A DNA stretch of 61,885 nt, the filler included, from Sphacelaria rigidula (taxonomy: Eukaryota): the NCBI GenBank assembly GCA_964200075.2. It is 9 parts of 9 records of this genome, joined end to end, with 100 filler letters (N's around TTAATTAATTAA, not from the genome) between each part and the next. Parts side by side here need not be neighbours in the genome. Positions count along the whole stretch, not along the records: positions 6,889 to 13,676 come from CAXNAA020018076.1; positions 13,777 to 20,564 come from CAXNAA020018077.1; positions 20,665 to 27,451 come from CAXNAA020018078.1; 6 more parts are not named here. One strand, 5' to 3'. The notes under the pieces were generated by a model. That model was not told the origin of the DNA, ran no database searches, and worked only from the letters and a program-made list of their open reading frames with translations. Shown piece after piece: positions 12,434-24,400 of this stretch. Each line of letters starts with the position of its first letter. The stretch's first letter is position 1. Both the position numbers and the translations under genes were made by a program.

Positions 12434-12529
12434 GCTGACACGCAAGAGATGCCAAACGTGGACGACTACATCGCCCAGAAAGCAGCAGTTTACCGGTTGC
12501 AACAAGAGATGGCCAACTGGGAGCGCAAG
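12434..12529 (+). CDS. CCDC113: Internal exon of CCDC113/CFAP263-like flagellar coiled-coil protein (C-terminal region)
   Basis: AAG|GCT...AAG|GTGTGC, 96 bp, phase 0-0. ADTQEMPNVDDYIAQKAAVYRLQQEMANWERK matches my recollection of the P-x-V-x-x-Y...WERK(VEIAE) motif of CCDC113. Confidence 0.72.
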
Positions 12530-13004
12530 GTGTGCAAACCACGCGTGATATTCGTGAGGCTATGCATCAAACCCAATATATCTTGGTCGATTTCAATACA
12601 TAGTTGTCATGCATTGGCGTCATGAGCAACAGCAGGGATGTACCATTTTGTTGCTACGCTAGCTGTGGTGACATCTTCGCAAGCTACTACGCGCAGAGGC
12701 AGCTGTAGCGTACCCCGAGCGGGAGACCAAGCACGAACAAAAGCCTCTCGATATGAGGAAGCGAATACGTACACGAGGGCATTTCCCATTTCGGGTCTCA
12801 TAACGCTCCGTTCGCGTAATAACTCAGCATCAAACAATACTAAATATCATGGATTTCAGATCGTTTTCTTTGTACGTGTAGAGTACGGTAGCTACATTTT
12901 TTTTTACTGTTTCGGTGAAATATAAAAGAAGCCTGCTCTCGGGGGGTCACTCGTGAGCTAGCTCACTTTGAAAGAGAAATGAACCTAGAGCGCGCGTTTT
13001 GGCT

Positions 13005-13283
13005 TGGAAGACGGGATTTTACAAATTGGGGATGAAAACCCGGATCAAAATCTTCGTATCCACACCAAATCTTCAACGTATGCTATAATTTCACTTGCTG
13101 GTAGTCATCGACAACTTCTAGACGATATCCAAATTTGTATGGCGTCTAGTAGTTCATACCTACCAGCAAGTGAAGATATGGAAGCATACTTCGAAGATTT
13201 GGTGTGGAATCGAAGATTTTAATTCTCCGGGTTTTCATCCCCAACATATGATCCAACCCCAATTTGTAAAATCCCGTGTTTTA
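13005..13283. mobile_element. MITE with long (~75 bp) TIRs
   Basis: ACGGGATTTTACAAATTGGGGATGAAAACCCGGA...CCACACCAAATCTTC versus GAAGATTTGGTGTGG...TCCGGGTTTTCATCCCCAA...CCCCAATTTGTAAAATCCCGT. Confidence 0.85.
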
Positions 13284-15527
13284 GGATACGCCCTCCCGGT
13301 TAACGGCACGAGGGTGGCGACTGCGCCGTCGTCATAACAGTGCAGCACCATATAAGCGGCGATCCTGAGAAGGGGGAACGCGATTCTGCTGTGAGAACGA
13401 AGTGAGATCTACAGTTATATGTGATTCTGTAACTAATACGCCTGTGTTGTCTCGGCGAAACGAATTTTAGCTCTTGTTTTGGTGTTTTGACAAAACAAAT
13501 CTCCACTACAATCTTGTGTTGATAAGACCGACCCAAACACGCCTCAAGGAATTTGTACCACCTTGCTCTTTGTTGCCCCAAGAGGACCATCAGGGTACCT
13601 AACGGTGTTTTCGTGAGATTGAAAGTAGATGATACGATTGAGAGTGGCTCTGATCATTCGCTTCAAGTGAGTCATTNNNNNNNNNNNNNNNNNNNNNNNN
13701 NNNNNNNNNNNNNNNNNNNNTTAATTAATTAANNNNNNNNNNNNNNNNNNNNNNNNNNNNNNNNNNNNNNNNNNNNCCCCCCAGAGGTATATCATTTTCT
13801 TCTTTGAACGCGTGAAGTGAAGAGAAAAAAGTGTATGCTGGGCTGAGTGCCGACAGATGACGCCGTGCGGGAGTGCCCATGTAATCCGCGATACGAAAAT
13901 GGAAGATATGCCCCGGGGGCGAGGTCGGTTGATCCCTTGTGTCTACGGAGTCGTTCCAAGGAAGGGGGAGGGTTTCGAATGAAAAACCAAAATAGTGTGG
14001 GCAAGAGTTTGCTAGGAGAAAGACAATGGACACGTCACGGTCCCACCCCCTTCCCGGAGAGCAACGTTCCGAAACGTTTCATGATTTTTTCAGTTTTGTT
14101 TCTAATATTGTTGAAGAAGTTGATCAAGAATCTCAGACAAGAATAGCAAAGTCTGGTGGGCCTTGTGAGGTTCGTATATCCACTTCTGCTCCGTACTGGT
14201 TCTGCCCCGATAACCTCGGATGCCGACCACCCCCACACTCAAGTATGAACACGAGCACACGGTAGCAACAACCTGCAGTCGAAGGAGCAACATTATATCA
14301 CGCCTTGCCAAACTTGCCCGGGCTACTGGTAGATACTCGAGGCACTCGACACGGAACATGATGCCGTAAGTGTAGTCATGGTTGATGAGCTGCTAAAGAT
14401 GGGCTTGGGGGCGGGCGGCGTGTCCGCCATCTCAGCGGTCTCCATGGCGAGGATCTGTATACACAGCAGCTGACCGCATCCGCGAGCGCCACGACTAATA
14501 ACTAGGGGATAACAGACTGGGTTCCCACCCCCCCTTCCCTCCTTCACACATTTGAATAATCGATCTTGGGGCCTGGGTGTTCAGAACGTTTTCCCGGCAG
14601 ACTCTTGGTGTGGCTAATATCCGCCATAGGTGTAAGGGGCGTTTCGACGTAAGTGTGTCGCGTGCAGTGCGCTATTCCACTCACATAGGATATACAGCGT
14701 TTTCCAGTAGGTGATTGCAGACACACCCTTTGCTGCTCACGGTAAAACGACATCTACCAAGCTAGCAAAGAAAACCAGTAGCAAAAGTCACCAACCTTTA
14801 TCTGCCTCAACAGATTCTTGCTTCGTTCGAGATTGTCTACTGCACCTGAGTTCATACCTGATACAGTACGTCACGAACTTGATGGTTTTGAGCCGTGTGC
14901 GACGTCGACATCGACGTGCACCTGCTGTTGCAGTTCCGCTGGCCGTGTGCTCTTTGCAGCTCTCAGCTCCGCGCGTTTGTGCACACCTGATCCTGAGCCA
15001 ATTTGGTGATCCCGATCCTATTTCAAAGGGGGATGAATAATGCCAGCCGTCGACCACGATACACCAGCCGATCAGATACCCTATGGTTTCTGCGGGTCAG
15101 TCGCAAGTAGGCATCGCCCCCTTTTGCGCTTTAAAAAAAAAGAAAAGGATGTGTCTTGTTCAGAAGAGGATCGTTTTTTAAACGGAAACCCCGCCGGGGC
15201 ACTGCAAGTACTTGGTTTTAGTGTGCAAGACCGAAAAATAAGAACGGACAATACTTGATGCGAATTATGCAAAAGTATGATGGACAAAGGTCTAGACAGA
15301 AGCTTCTTGCCATTTCCCCACCATGCTTGATTTTGGCCAATTCTATGGGCGTGTCTTATGGAGACAGAAAAAGCGGGTGAAGGCAAGCATCTAAAATCAA
15401 TATGCTGATTGATCCCCGGGCGATCCTATCGTTGCAGCGGCTATTTTTGATTGCTCGTTTCTTTTCCCGCTTTTTGTTTTGTCGGCAGCCTAATAGTTCG
15501 TACCACTTCTCTACCTATGTCCGGCAG

Positions 15528-18500
15528 TCAACGATGAGTCTTCCGCGGGGGGAGAGTCAAAAGGGTTCGCCAGGTTTACTCAAGATTCGCAGCCACAGGC
15601 GATTGCAGGAGCGGCCGATGAGGCAAGGGGGAGCAGGGAAGAAGAAAAGCCGGTTCTCATTCCAGCTCAAAAGAGACTTCTAAGGTAGGCAGTCCGTGTA
15701 CTTGTCAAGTCCCAGCTCATTCCGTTGCAGCCTGTGAAGGTATTCACTGCATGCTTTCGAAATTCTTCCGTCGTGAAGTATTCAAAGGCAGGTATTTTCA
15801 CTGTATGCGGGAAAGCTTTCTAAAGGCCAAGCTAAAATGAAATACATCAACATACGTGTAAGGATGTCTGTGTTTCGGCCTTCGTATTCGAACGGGGGTA
15901 CATGACTGATTTTGTCCTGGGATCCGGCAGTCAGCCCGTGTGTATTCCGTGGCCCCAAAGGTACACATCTTGGCGATTCGAGATCGGGTTAATATGTCAT
16001 GGCGAGCACGCACTGCTGAAGTGGTATCTTGATTTTTACAGGGACCTTTGCTACAACAATTATGCCCTGCTCTCCGTCATACAGTCACGTCCAGGGGTTC
16101 TACTGAACTGCCTCGTCGCATTGAAGTACGTAGATTTCTCCGTAGAAATATCAAGCGTATAGCCTGCTCACGAACACTGCATGAATGGGGTGAGAGCGTA
16201 ATAAATAAAAGAAGGAGCTAGGAGGGTCTCGGACAGACGACCGTAGGCGTGAGTCACGAGCGACGCAGTCAAACGCTCGGAGCTAACCTCGGGTCGAGAT
16301 AAATAGCACAGCCTATTGTGGTGGTTCTTCCACGGAAAGATTCGAATCCCTTGACAAGGCATCGAGCTTTGGACGAGGGCGAACACCACACCAGGGCAAT
16401 GTCGAGTGCGCAACTTGCCGACAGCTCGCGTTTTTTGCCATGCTTTATACTCAGCTTTTCGGCACGCACGAGTACTGATCAAGCTAGGAGGCACGCAGCA
16501 AAGATAGCCCGTGTCATTGGAGGAAATGTAATGAAATCATATCAGACAGACACGAAGGATGTTTCATACACACTGACGAAGTCGTGGGCACTCGCCCCGG
16601 CAATCCATTTCGATGCATACCATGCATCAGCTCAACCGTACATTGCACCAAGGAGCGCAGCCAGCAGTTCAACGAACGGGTCCAATATCACGGCTACCGA
16701 CACGTACACGCGTCAATAGAAGAACTCGGAAACGTGTCAAAGGGAAGGTAAAACCGGGGCATCTTGGAAGCACATAGCAGCCTGAACGTTTTGACGCACA
16801 GTATCTCGTAGCGAACTTTAAATAAACTTCCGGCGTTCACACCACGTTACAGACGTTACTTGAATGGTGGCGTTTTGCATCGTTCCGACAATTTTCTCTC
16901 ATGTGATAATCTACCCTCAACACTGCTTCGTGCGGAATAAGTATAGGTACAAGAGAATGCTGAGAAGGGCGGGCTATACGCCGAAAAAACATGTGCAGCA
17001 CCTGGAACGAGTTCAAGAGGCGCAAGGAGCGGATTCCATGAAGCTAGGTGTTGTTTCTGGGCAGCTGTACAAAGATATATTTCAGCGTCGAGCGTTTGAC
17101 GAGTTCTACTTCCAGATACCTCCGAAGAAGAGGTGAATCCTGTCGTCACCGGTCCTTTGCGCAATCCCCAACTTATGCACTATCGGCGTCAGTGGTTGCA
17201 TCATGTCATCGAGTCAAATCCCCCTTCCCCCACGGCATGGACGCAGTAGATGATGGCGTGGTGTTGGTGCCCTAGAGGTCAATTGAGAACGCCTCACCAC
17301 TGAGGTAATGTATACCAAATAATGATCGGCATTCAACGTCTTCCGCGTAACATTTACGTGGTGTAACAACTTGGCCGGTGCGGCTTCCGGCCAACCATGT
17401 TTTTTCTGCATATCGTACACCGCTCTCACGAACGATCAGTACAAAGTAATAGTAGTCAGCGAACTTAGCGTCCCTGTTGAGAGCCCATGTCCGCTCATGT
17501 AATTGGAAATATCGTGTTGCTGTGACGCTCGTTTTTCTCGTTGGCTACTTGTGCATTCCCTAGACGACGGTAGGAGCTGGGTACTCAATGATGACTTTCT
17601 TCCGAACGAGGGTCAGCCGGAGAAACATGCCGCAACGACGCATGTGTTTAAACTCGGGCAGCATTTTCACACGTCGGACGAGCACGAGTGTGACTCGTGG
17701 CACTCGCACTCGTTGCGCTGCTCGTTGGCCGTAAACATTAATGGGGCAAGCACTCGAGTCATCGCTCGGTGTGGAAACAAATATTAGTGCAAGCACTCGA
17801 GTCACTGCTCGGTGTGAAAAAATAATTTTCTGGCGAGCACTCGAGTCATTGCTCGGTGAGGAAGTGAGGAAACAGACTAATGGGGGCGAGCACTCCAGGC
17901 ATCGCTCGTTGTGTAAAAACAGAATAGGGTGGCACTCGAGTCGTCGCTCGATGCAACAAAAAGTAATAACTTGAGCGCACGAGTCATTGCTCGTTGTAAA
18001 AAAAAGAAGTGACTCCAGCACACGAATCACGCTATTTGTTATTACAAAAAATATCCACGAGTGCACTCGTTTTGACGAGTAATGACTCGTCCGACGTGTG
18101 CAGCATTTACTGCACCCAAACACCCGATGTGCCGGAAAGAAGTCACATCAATATTGGGGGTCGCCATGAATCCCTGCGTGAGATGTTTAGAGCACTGTGG
18201 TGTGCAACGAACAGTTGAAATAGGCCTGTAATCTGGATCGCCAACACTTCTCCATCGTATCTTTTCTCCGTTTTCTGCATTCATTTCAGCGTCCACCTCT
18301 TCAGCTAGGGTTGATGTTCACATAAGACACTTTATGTTCGTTACCTATTTCCACCTCAGTCTATTCCTGTTCATTGTTGTTAGCGTATTTCGTTGTGTGT
18401 TGTTGCACAGCTGCAGCTTGATTAAGAGGACTTGACCCAAACGGGTGTTTTCTTATCGGTCCTCGGTTCATTATTGTGAACATTTTTGGACATCTGTGAT

Positions 18501-19263
18501 GAAGCTTGGTGGTGGTAAGATATCACGATGTGCGGGTCTTCTCGTAGACCCTGGATTCCGTGACGCGTTGTTACTGCGTTTGCTACTGTCATTAGTTAGG
18601 ATTGTTCCGGCGTCGCCACGCGGCGTTGACCCACCTCAATCAGTCACTACCCTTGCCGTGGTCTACCCTGGGCCAACACTACGCTCTGCTCCTATGGCTG
18701 CACTGCGGCTGTACTGAGTAAGAGAGCTGCTTGTAGATATAACATGACGCTATGCAGCACGTGAGTTCTTAATCAACAGCCTGCACATGGATGAACCTAC
18801 TGCGTGATTGTTCATGATGGATAGCTATAGGTCTGTATGATGTTGCCCACGTGGGAGCTTGGTGGGTTGGCAGCATGGTATCCCCTGGCACTCATACTGA
18901 GAGACCCCAGCCAGTGCATCAGCATCCCATCATTATGACAATTAGCATCGCATCATTATGACACATCGCCGAAACTGTTTCGTTACCTATTGCCTCATCG
19001 ATAACAGCGTTTCAGCCTAGCTGTTTCAATCCATTGTTGCTTTCTTCATGGGTAGCCTCTCGAAGATGATCTTTCTATTTCACTCCTTGTCTTCACCCAA
19101 CACCCCACATTTCATCGTTAGCTCTCTGGAGTTGATGTCAGCCCTGGCCAGAAAGATTCTGTCTAAAGATCCGGCTGCAGCAGAGAAGCAACGGGAGGAC
19201 GAAGAGAAAGAGGTCAAGCTAGGAGGACGATTCGGCGGGGGGACCACGCAGAGGAATCCGCAG
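15528..19263 (+). CDS. Partial multi-exon gene of unknown function; exons 15528-15684, 16042-16125, 16947-17132, 19122-19263
   Basis: Four AG/GT-bounded exons with three consistent phase-2 junctions give a continuous ORF: ...KRLLRDLCYNNYALLSVIQSRPGVLLNCLVALKYKRMLRRAG...FYFQIPPKKSSLELMSALARKILSKD... Confidence 0.68.
17668..18100. mobile_element. Non-autonomous TIR element (hAT-like) containing a ~43-bp-period repeat array
   Basis: 15-bp perfect TIR CACACGTCGGACGAG / CTCGTCCGACGTGTG. Flanking duplication CAGCATTT(T) / CAGCATTT(A). Repeat cores at 17751, 17794, 17838, 17891, 17933, 17976 and 18019. Confidence 0.85.
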
Positions 19264-19384
19264 GTGCTTTGAAATGGGTTGTATCATCAGGAGAAACGTT
19301 TACAGAGAGACAAACGCCTACAGCACATTTTGTCTTGTACAACCTCCTAGGTATCCAAGCTTTTGAAAAGACAACGTGTATGCC

Positions 19385-19945
19385 GCGCCCCGGTGGTGTA
19401 ATGGTCCGACTGTCGCTATGAGGGTGAAGAGAATGAGGCCAGCGTCGGACAAATCAATAATTCGTCTAGAAATTACTTGGTTTTAGTGCAATTGTTTCGA
19501 ATCGAACGAATCAATCCCTAGGCTTTGTTTTCAGCGTTACAACCCAGGTACACGCAGCCCAGACACGTGGAATAGCGCAAACGTTGCGTGGATACACCTT
19601 GCACCAGCGGTCAACGTTTTCTCCTTTTTGGGCAATTAGGCTGAAGAAAACGTGGATTTGGTGACTCGAACCCGTGATGATTTGTCCGATCCGTGAAATG
19701 AGGGTTCGAGTCCCGATGCTTTGGGTGTTTTCTTCGTAGTATCTGATTTCCACCGTGGAAAGCGTGAGAACGTGAGTAAACAAAGTAGTCGACTGAGTTT
19801 GTTTGACGTGAGTTGACGCGGTGCGGGAGAACTGACCCAATCCGCGAGACCAAAATGCAAGGCGTGTACCGCGGCAAGGGTGGGATGATCCCTTGAGACC
19901 ACGGACTCGTCCCGAGAAAGGAGAGGGGTTCAAAGTGCGGCAAAA
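19385..19945 (+). mobile_element. tRNA-derived SINE family A, interrupted by a MITE
   Basis: Box A-like GGTGGTGTAATGG and box B GGTTCGAGTCC. Body is shared with 39980-40270(-), 45016-45700(+), 23455-23620(-), 27940-28150(+) and 13860-13985(+). Confidence 0.85.
19439..19695. mobile_element. hAT-like MITE nested in the SINE A head
   Basis: TIR core TCGGACAAATCA / TGATTTGTCCGA. 8-bp TSD GAATGAGG / AAATGAGG. Confidence 0.8.
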
Positions 19946-20316
19946 CAAATGTCGGCGTATCCCTAGATTAGATGAGGTTCCAGATGTCGCCATCGGAAAC
20001 CACGACGAGCCATAGGAGCTCCCAAGATCAGGCTATGTTTTAGATATTCCCGTCGAACACCACGGCGAGCGACAGGAGCCTAGACACACAACGATGTGGA
20101 GGAGGTCAACAAATGAGCCCCCTAATGACACCCGGAAGATTGCTTCGAAGCATCCAGGCGAAAAGCACACGTTCCTCGTGACGACATAATGCCACCAACG
20201 TACGCGGGCCGCCAAAGTATCCAAAACTAAAAGCAGGGTGGACAAGAGGTTAGAATACAGCCAGGAGCGCAGGGCACAGTTTTTCAAGGTACATCTGGGG
20301 CAGTCGGTATAGCTAC

Positions 20317-20564
20317 CACACCCTGGACAATGTACACAATAATAGTTCATTGCTTCAGCAATAGACACAAGGTAAAATATATCGATATATATTATCGAAC
20401 ACGATAGATGGTGAAAGACATCTACTGATATGCATTGCAAGGAACAATAGATGTTGCAGTAGTCGATCGATAGTCTATGGCAATTACAATAGATGAAGAT
20501 CACTCGCCATCGATGGAAATGGTGTACCGCAATAGATTCTGGGTTGTATATATCGATAGCCATT
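20317..20564. mobile_element. Truncated CACAC-TIR MITE with ATCGAT subterminal repeats
   Basis: Begins CACACCCTGGACAAT, like the element at 32557. Cut by the contig end. Confidence 0.55.
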
Positions 20565-20803
20565 NNNNNNNNNNNNNNNNNNNNNNNNNNNNNNNNNNNN
20601 NNNNNNNNTTAATTAATTAANNNNNNNNNNNNNNNNNNNNNNNNNNNNNNNNNNNNNNNNNNNNGGCCTTTGTAATGATGCAAGGTCAATGGTCTTATGA
20701 CTATGGCATGCATGATCATGAGTACACCATGAGTACACTCCCGTTCATTTCGAGATTCGGAGCCACAAACAACAATTTGTCCTAACGGGCTACAAGAGGA
20801 GGC

Positions 20804-21119
20804 GACCTAAAGTTTTGGTCGTTAATCTATGGTTATAATTTTCGAACAAACTAACACTAACGCTAACGCTAACCCTACCCCCGACTCAAGGCGTACGGGA
20901 CCCTGAGGCAAGGGGGGTGCATAGGTTCTCCGAGGAAAAGAGTGCGTTGGCAGACCTGAAATCGATGCCGCAGCCGCCGATTTCGATAAGAACACGTTCT
21001 GGACGAGCTGGGTCCACTGTCCACCTGCCCCAAACCATAGTTGTTTTCAGAACTTTCTCAAGTCTAAAATCAAGTAGGTCATGTTGTCAACCATGGATAT
21101 ACGACCAAAGCTTTAGGTC
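20804..21119. mobile_element. MITE with ~31-bp TIRs and a CTAACC-like tract
   Basis: GACCTAAAGTTTTGGTCGTTAATCTATGGTT versus AACCATGGATATACGACCAAAGCTTTAGGTC. Homologous to 4160-4478. Confidence 0.8.
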
Positions 21120-21444
21120 TACTGTAGAAGAGATGTGTTGATCCCCGAAGACCATGGACTCGTCCCGAAGAAGGGAAGGGATTAAAGGTGTGAAAAACAC
21201 TTCAGAAAAAGCACTGTTCCACCGGATGAACCACCGGGGCGCGAAGGCCAGACCATGACCATATACCGGAAAATGCTGCACTTCATATGTGCCCTGATGT
21301 AATCTGAATACCTTTGTGCGTTTGAGGGGCTGTATCCCTGGGCATCCGAAGGTGGCAGAGCAATGCACTTTTCTTTTTTTTCCTTTGCGAACTGAAATTC
21401 ACCCTTGGATTTTGTTGCAACGTTTCCTAAACATGTTCTGGCAG

Positions 21445-24400
21445 AATTTTCCGTGGAGACTCTCGCCGGAAGTGAACAAAACGTTGGCGGATATCGCGGC
21501 AGGACAGCAAGGAGACTTCGGTCGAGATTTTCAGGGCAATTTAAAGAAAAACTGGACGGAGGCTTTCGCAAGTTTGGAGGACGAGGACCCAACGTTTACG
21601 TTCACCGAAGCGGAGTATTTACGGGAAACGTCGCAGGTGATGCTGTGGTGGCATGTTTGTGGCCATCATCGGATCTACATATCTGGTCTGGAGATACCGA
21701 GTGCCCGCGGGTGTCATTTCGTAGTCAGGCTGTACACGTGGCGTGCATGTTTTTCTCCGTTTTTGCCGAGAACGGCTCGGTGTTTGGTTGTATTTTCCCG
21801 CTACCAAAGATTATTCAGGTGTTTCAAAAAGGTCAGATGTATTACGGTGGGAATTGTGCTTCTTGACAGCTTATTGTGAGGTTATTATTCACAATAGCTC
21901 CACCAGTTATTCGTGTTCGTATTCGTGTTCCAGCAAAAAACAGCAGGACTGCCGCTGCCGCCGCTACTGCTGCTGCCGCTGCTGAAAAGTCTCGCAAGGA
22001 CAAGTGCATGTGTGTGTGTCTCTCTCTCAAATATCTCAAGCAAGACAAAATCGAGATCCTTCGTAGCACTCATCTTTGATCTGCGAGCAAGGGGTGTAGA
22101 AAATGGACATGAGATGCTCTCGTGGCCACTCGACGGCACAAGGTGCGTCTCGTGGGTGGGTCCTCTCGTCTTTCTCTTGAGCCCGTCGATACCAGTATTG
22201 AGCGTTGGACGAGAAATTCAATGGTAATACCTCGACGGGCCGTCCATCTACTCCAGGACTTGCGGTACACAATGCCTAACATGGTGCTGTGACGAACACG
22301 CAATAATAACAGGCCCGTCCGTACACAACGCCATGGTGCTGCGATACATTCGGAATAGTGGGAAAGTAGTGTAGTAGCACCTCGTACAATAGTGGCTGAA
22401 TGAACCCCCCTTTCCGTTACTTCTCTGCCTCTCTGTCTCCGGGCTTGGGGTGTGGGGTGTCGGGGATGGGCTGATGGCAGCTGCGGCTGGAGGGCGTTGT
22501 GTTTTCGGCAATGAACCGAACCTTCGACATAGGAGAAGTGGTGTTGAGCGTGGATGATGTGGTGAAGGCCATCCCGCCCGGCACAAGAGACTATGATCTG
22601 GATGCGGGAGCCTTGGACGCCAATGGTACACACGCTACCGTCATGTTCAATACCACTGCGTGAGTATAGTATGAGTTATTGCGGCGATGGGGTGCTGAGA
22701 AAAGCACCGTGGAGGGGCAATGAAGAAGTAAATATTGAATTGTGCTGCAGCTGCCACTACTACGAGTCGTACTACTGTTGCTGATTCGGCTCGTAGTCAT
22801 GGTGTGGGTATAAATTTATTGCTATGTGCTCATCGCCCAGCTTTGTTATGCTGTTGTCACACAGAGAGAGCGGGCTTGTCTTGTGGGCAGGGCAGGCAGA
22901 CACTTGCGAGCTGGCAGTGTGTACGTGTGGGCTGTGGTTGAACCATGTCACAGTTTTTATCCAAAGCAGGCAGAGTGGTGGTGTGGGGCCGTGCAACCAT
23001 CCTCGACTTGAACATTTCTGTTCCGACTGATCCTGGAATCATGGTGCCGAACATATTTTGTCGCTGGCGCAGAATGACATATCAAAGATAAGAAGCCGTA
23101 TGCATCCACTATATTCCTCTGGTGCCAGGAGATTTCACTTCAGCTGACGTGAACCCAAGACACGGATGAGATTGCAGGCTCTCACCATTAAACGTGCATG
23201 ACACGTCTGCGTCCTTTGTATATCGGTGCCCGGGTGTTGCTGTGCTGCAGTCCTCACGCCTTGGGTGCCTGGGTGGGGGAACTGACATCGAAAATGTTCC
23301 AGGCATGCGCGGTCAACCGAGGATTGGAAGAAGACCAAGTGTCGTTTACCACACGAAGTCATCCCCTGCCCCTCACCGCCACCGAGGTACTGTTCTCTGC
23401 TCTGCTCTGCTCTACTCTATCTACTCTATCTTACTTTTTTACATAGTTTTAGCGTGTGCCCTTTCTCGGGACGAGTCCGGAGTGTCGAGGGATCAATTCA
23501 CCCCTCTCCCCGCACGTGCTTGGCATTTGTCACTGAGGATTGGATCGACAGCCCCGCACCCCATCGACTACCTTGGAGTTTCGTTTGCTTTACGAGTACT
23601 GCTCACGCCCCGACGCTTTCGGCTGCGGAAAACAGATTCTGCTACTCTGGAGTCATGCTACGGTAGGGGTTGCACATTTAGACCCGGGTTTTTCACATCC
23701 AGGAGCTCCTAAGGCTGGGACCTTCACAAGAATATCCCTTAACATAGTTCCGTTTTCGAATTCATTCGGAATATCCCTAGCTCACTGGAATGCTAATCGT
23801 GGCGTTGCTATCATATACTACGTGGTATTCGTATGTCGTTTCTTGGACGAGATAGAGGGATTTTAACAGTTTGAACCTCCGAACATATTTGTGCGCCTTT
23901 ACCGTAGCACCACTCTTTTGACAGGAGAACTGTTGTGGTGGAATCATGGAACTCATGGGTACGGGGTTTGTCGACCTACGATACGTGTGTGCCAAGCACA
24001 AGACGACTAGGGGTTAGTTTGTTCCCCGCTCTCGGTGCCCTGTTGGACTTGGTATTCATTTTACCTCTCGGGACGTTGGCGCTCGTACGTTGGGATTCAC
24101 CGTAACTCAACGGCCGCGCACGCGACTTGCACTTCCTCCAGTGGTAGCACTACACTGGTGGAAAATGACCTGCACTGTGACCTGTACTGTACGCGAAAGT
24201 CCCCTGGCTCGGTTCCAAAATCATGCCGTACCACTACAGTAGTCCCTTGGGGAAAAGCGGTCTGGTATGTGCCGCAATGGTACGATGTCGAGACCTGACT
24301 GCACTGTGTCATGCGATTGCTACATGAAGACCCAGTTGTCATGGGTAGTAGAAAATTCCGAAAATGTTATGACAGCGCTATCTAGTCATTCCCCGCCTCC

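Noticed and set aside
14026..14365. Upstream exons of the unknown gene in contig 3
   Set aside because: Candidate donors and acceptors could not be joined in a consistent phase.
17700..18090. Bona fide CRISPR array
   Set aside because: Eukaryotic intron, no cas genes, degenerate repeats, short spacers sharing A-runs, and enclosure by TIRs and a TSD. Kept only as a CRISPR-like finding.
19511..19993. Long ORFs over repeats (e.g. 19511-19993, 39695-40282, 27723-28475, 50260-50958, 29570-30220)
   Set aside because: They are chance open frames through SINEs, MITEs and homopolymers. Their mutual similarity reflects the DNA repeat.
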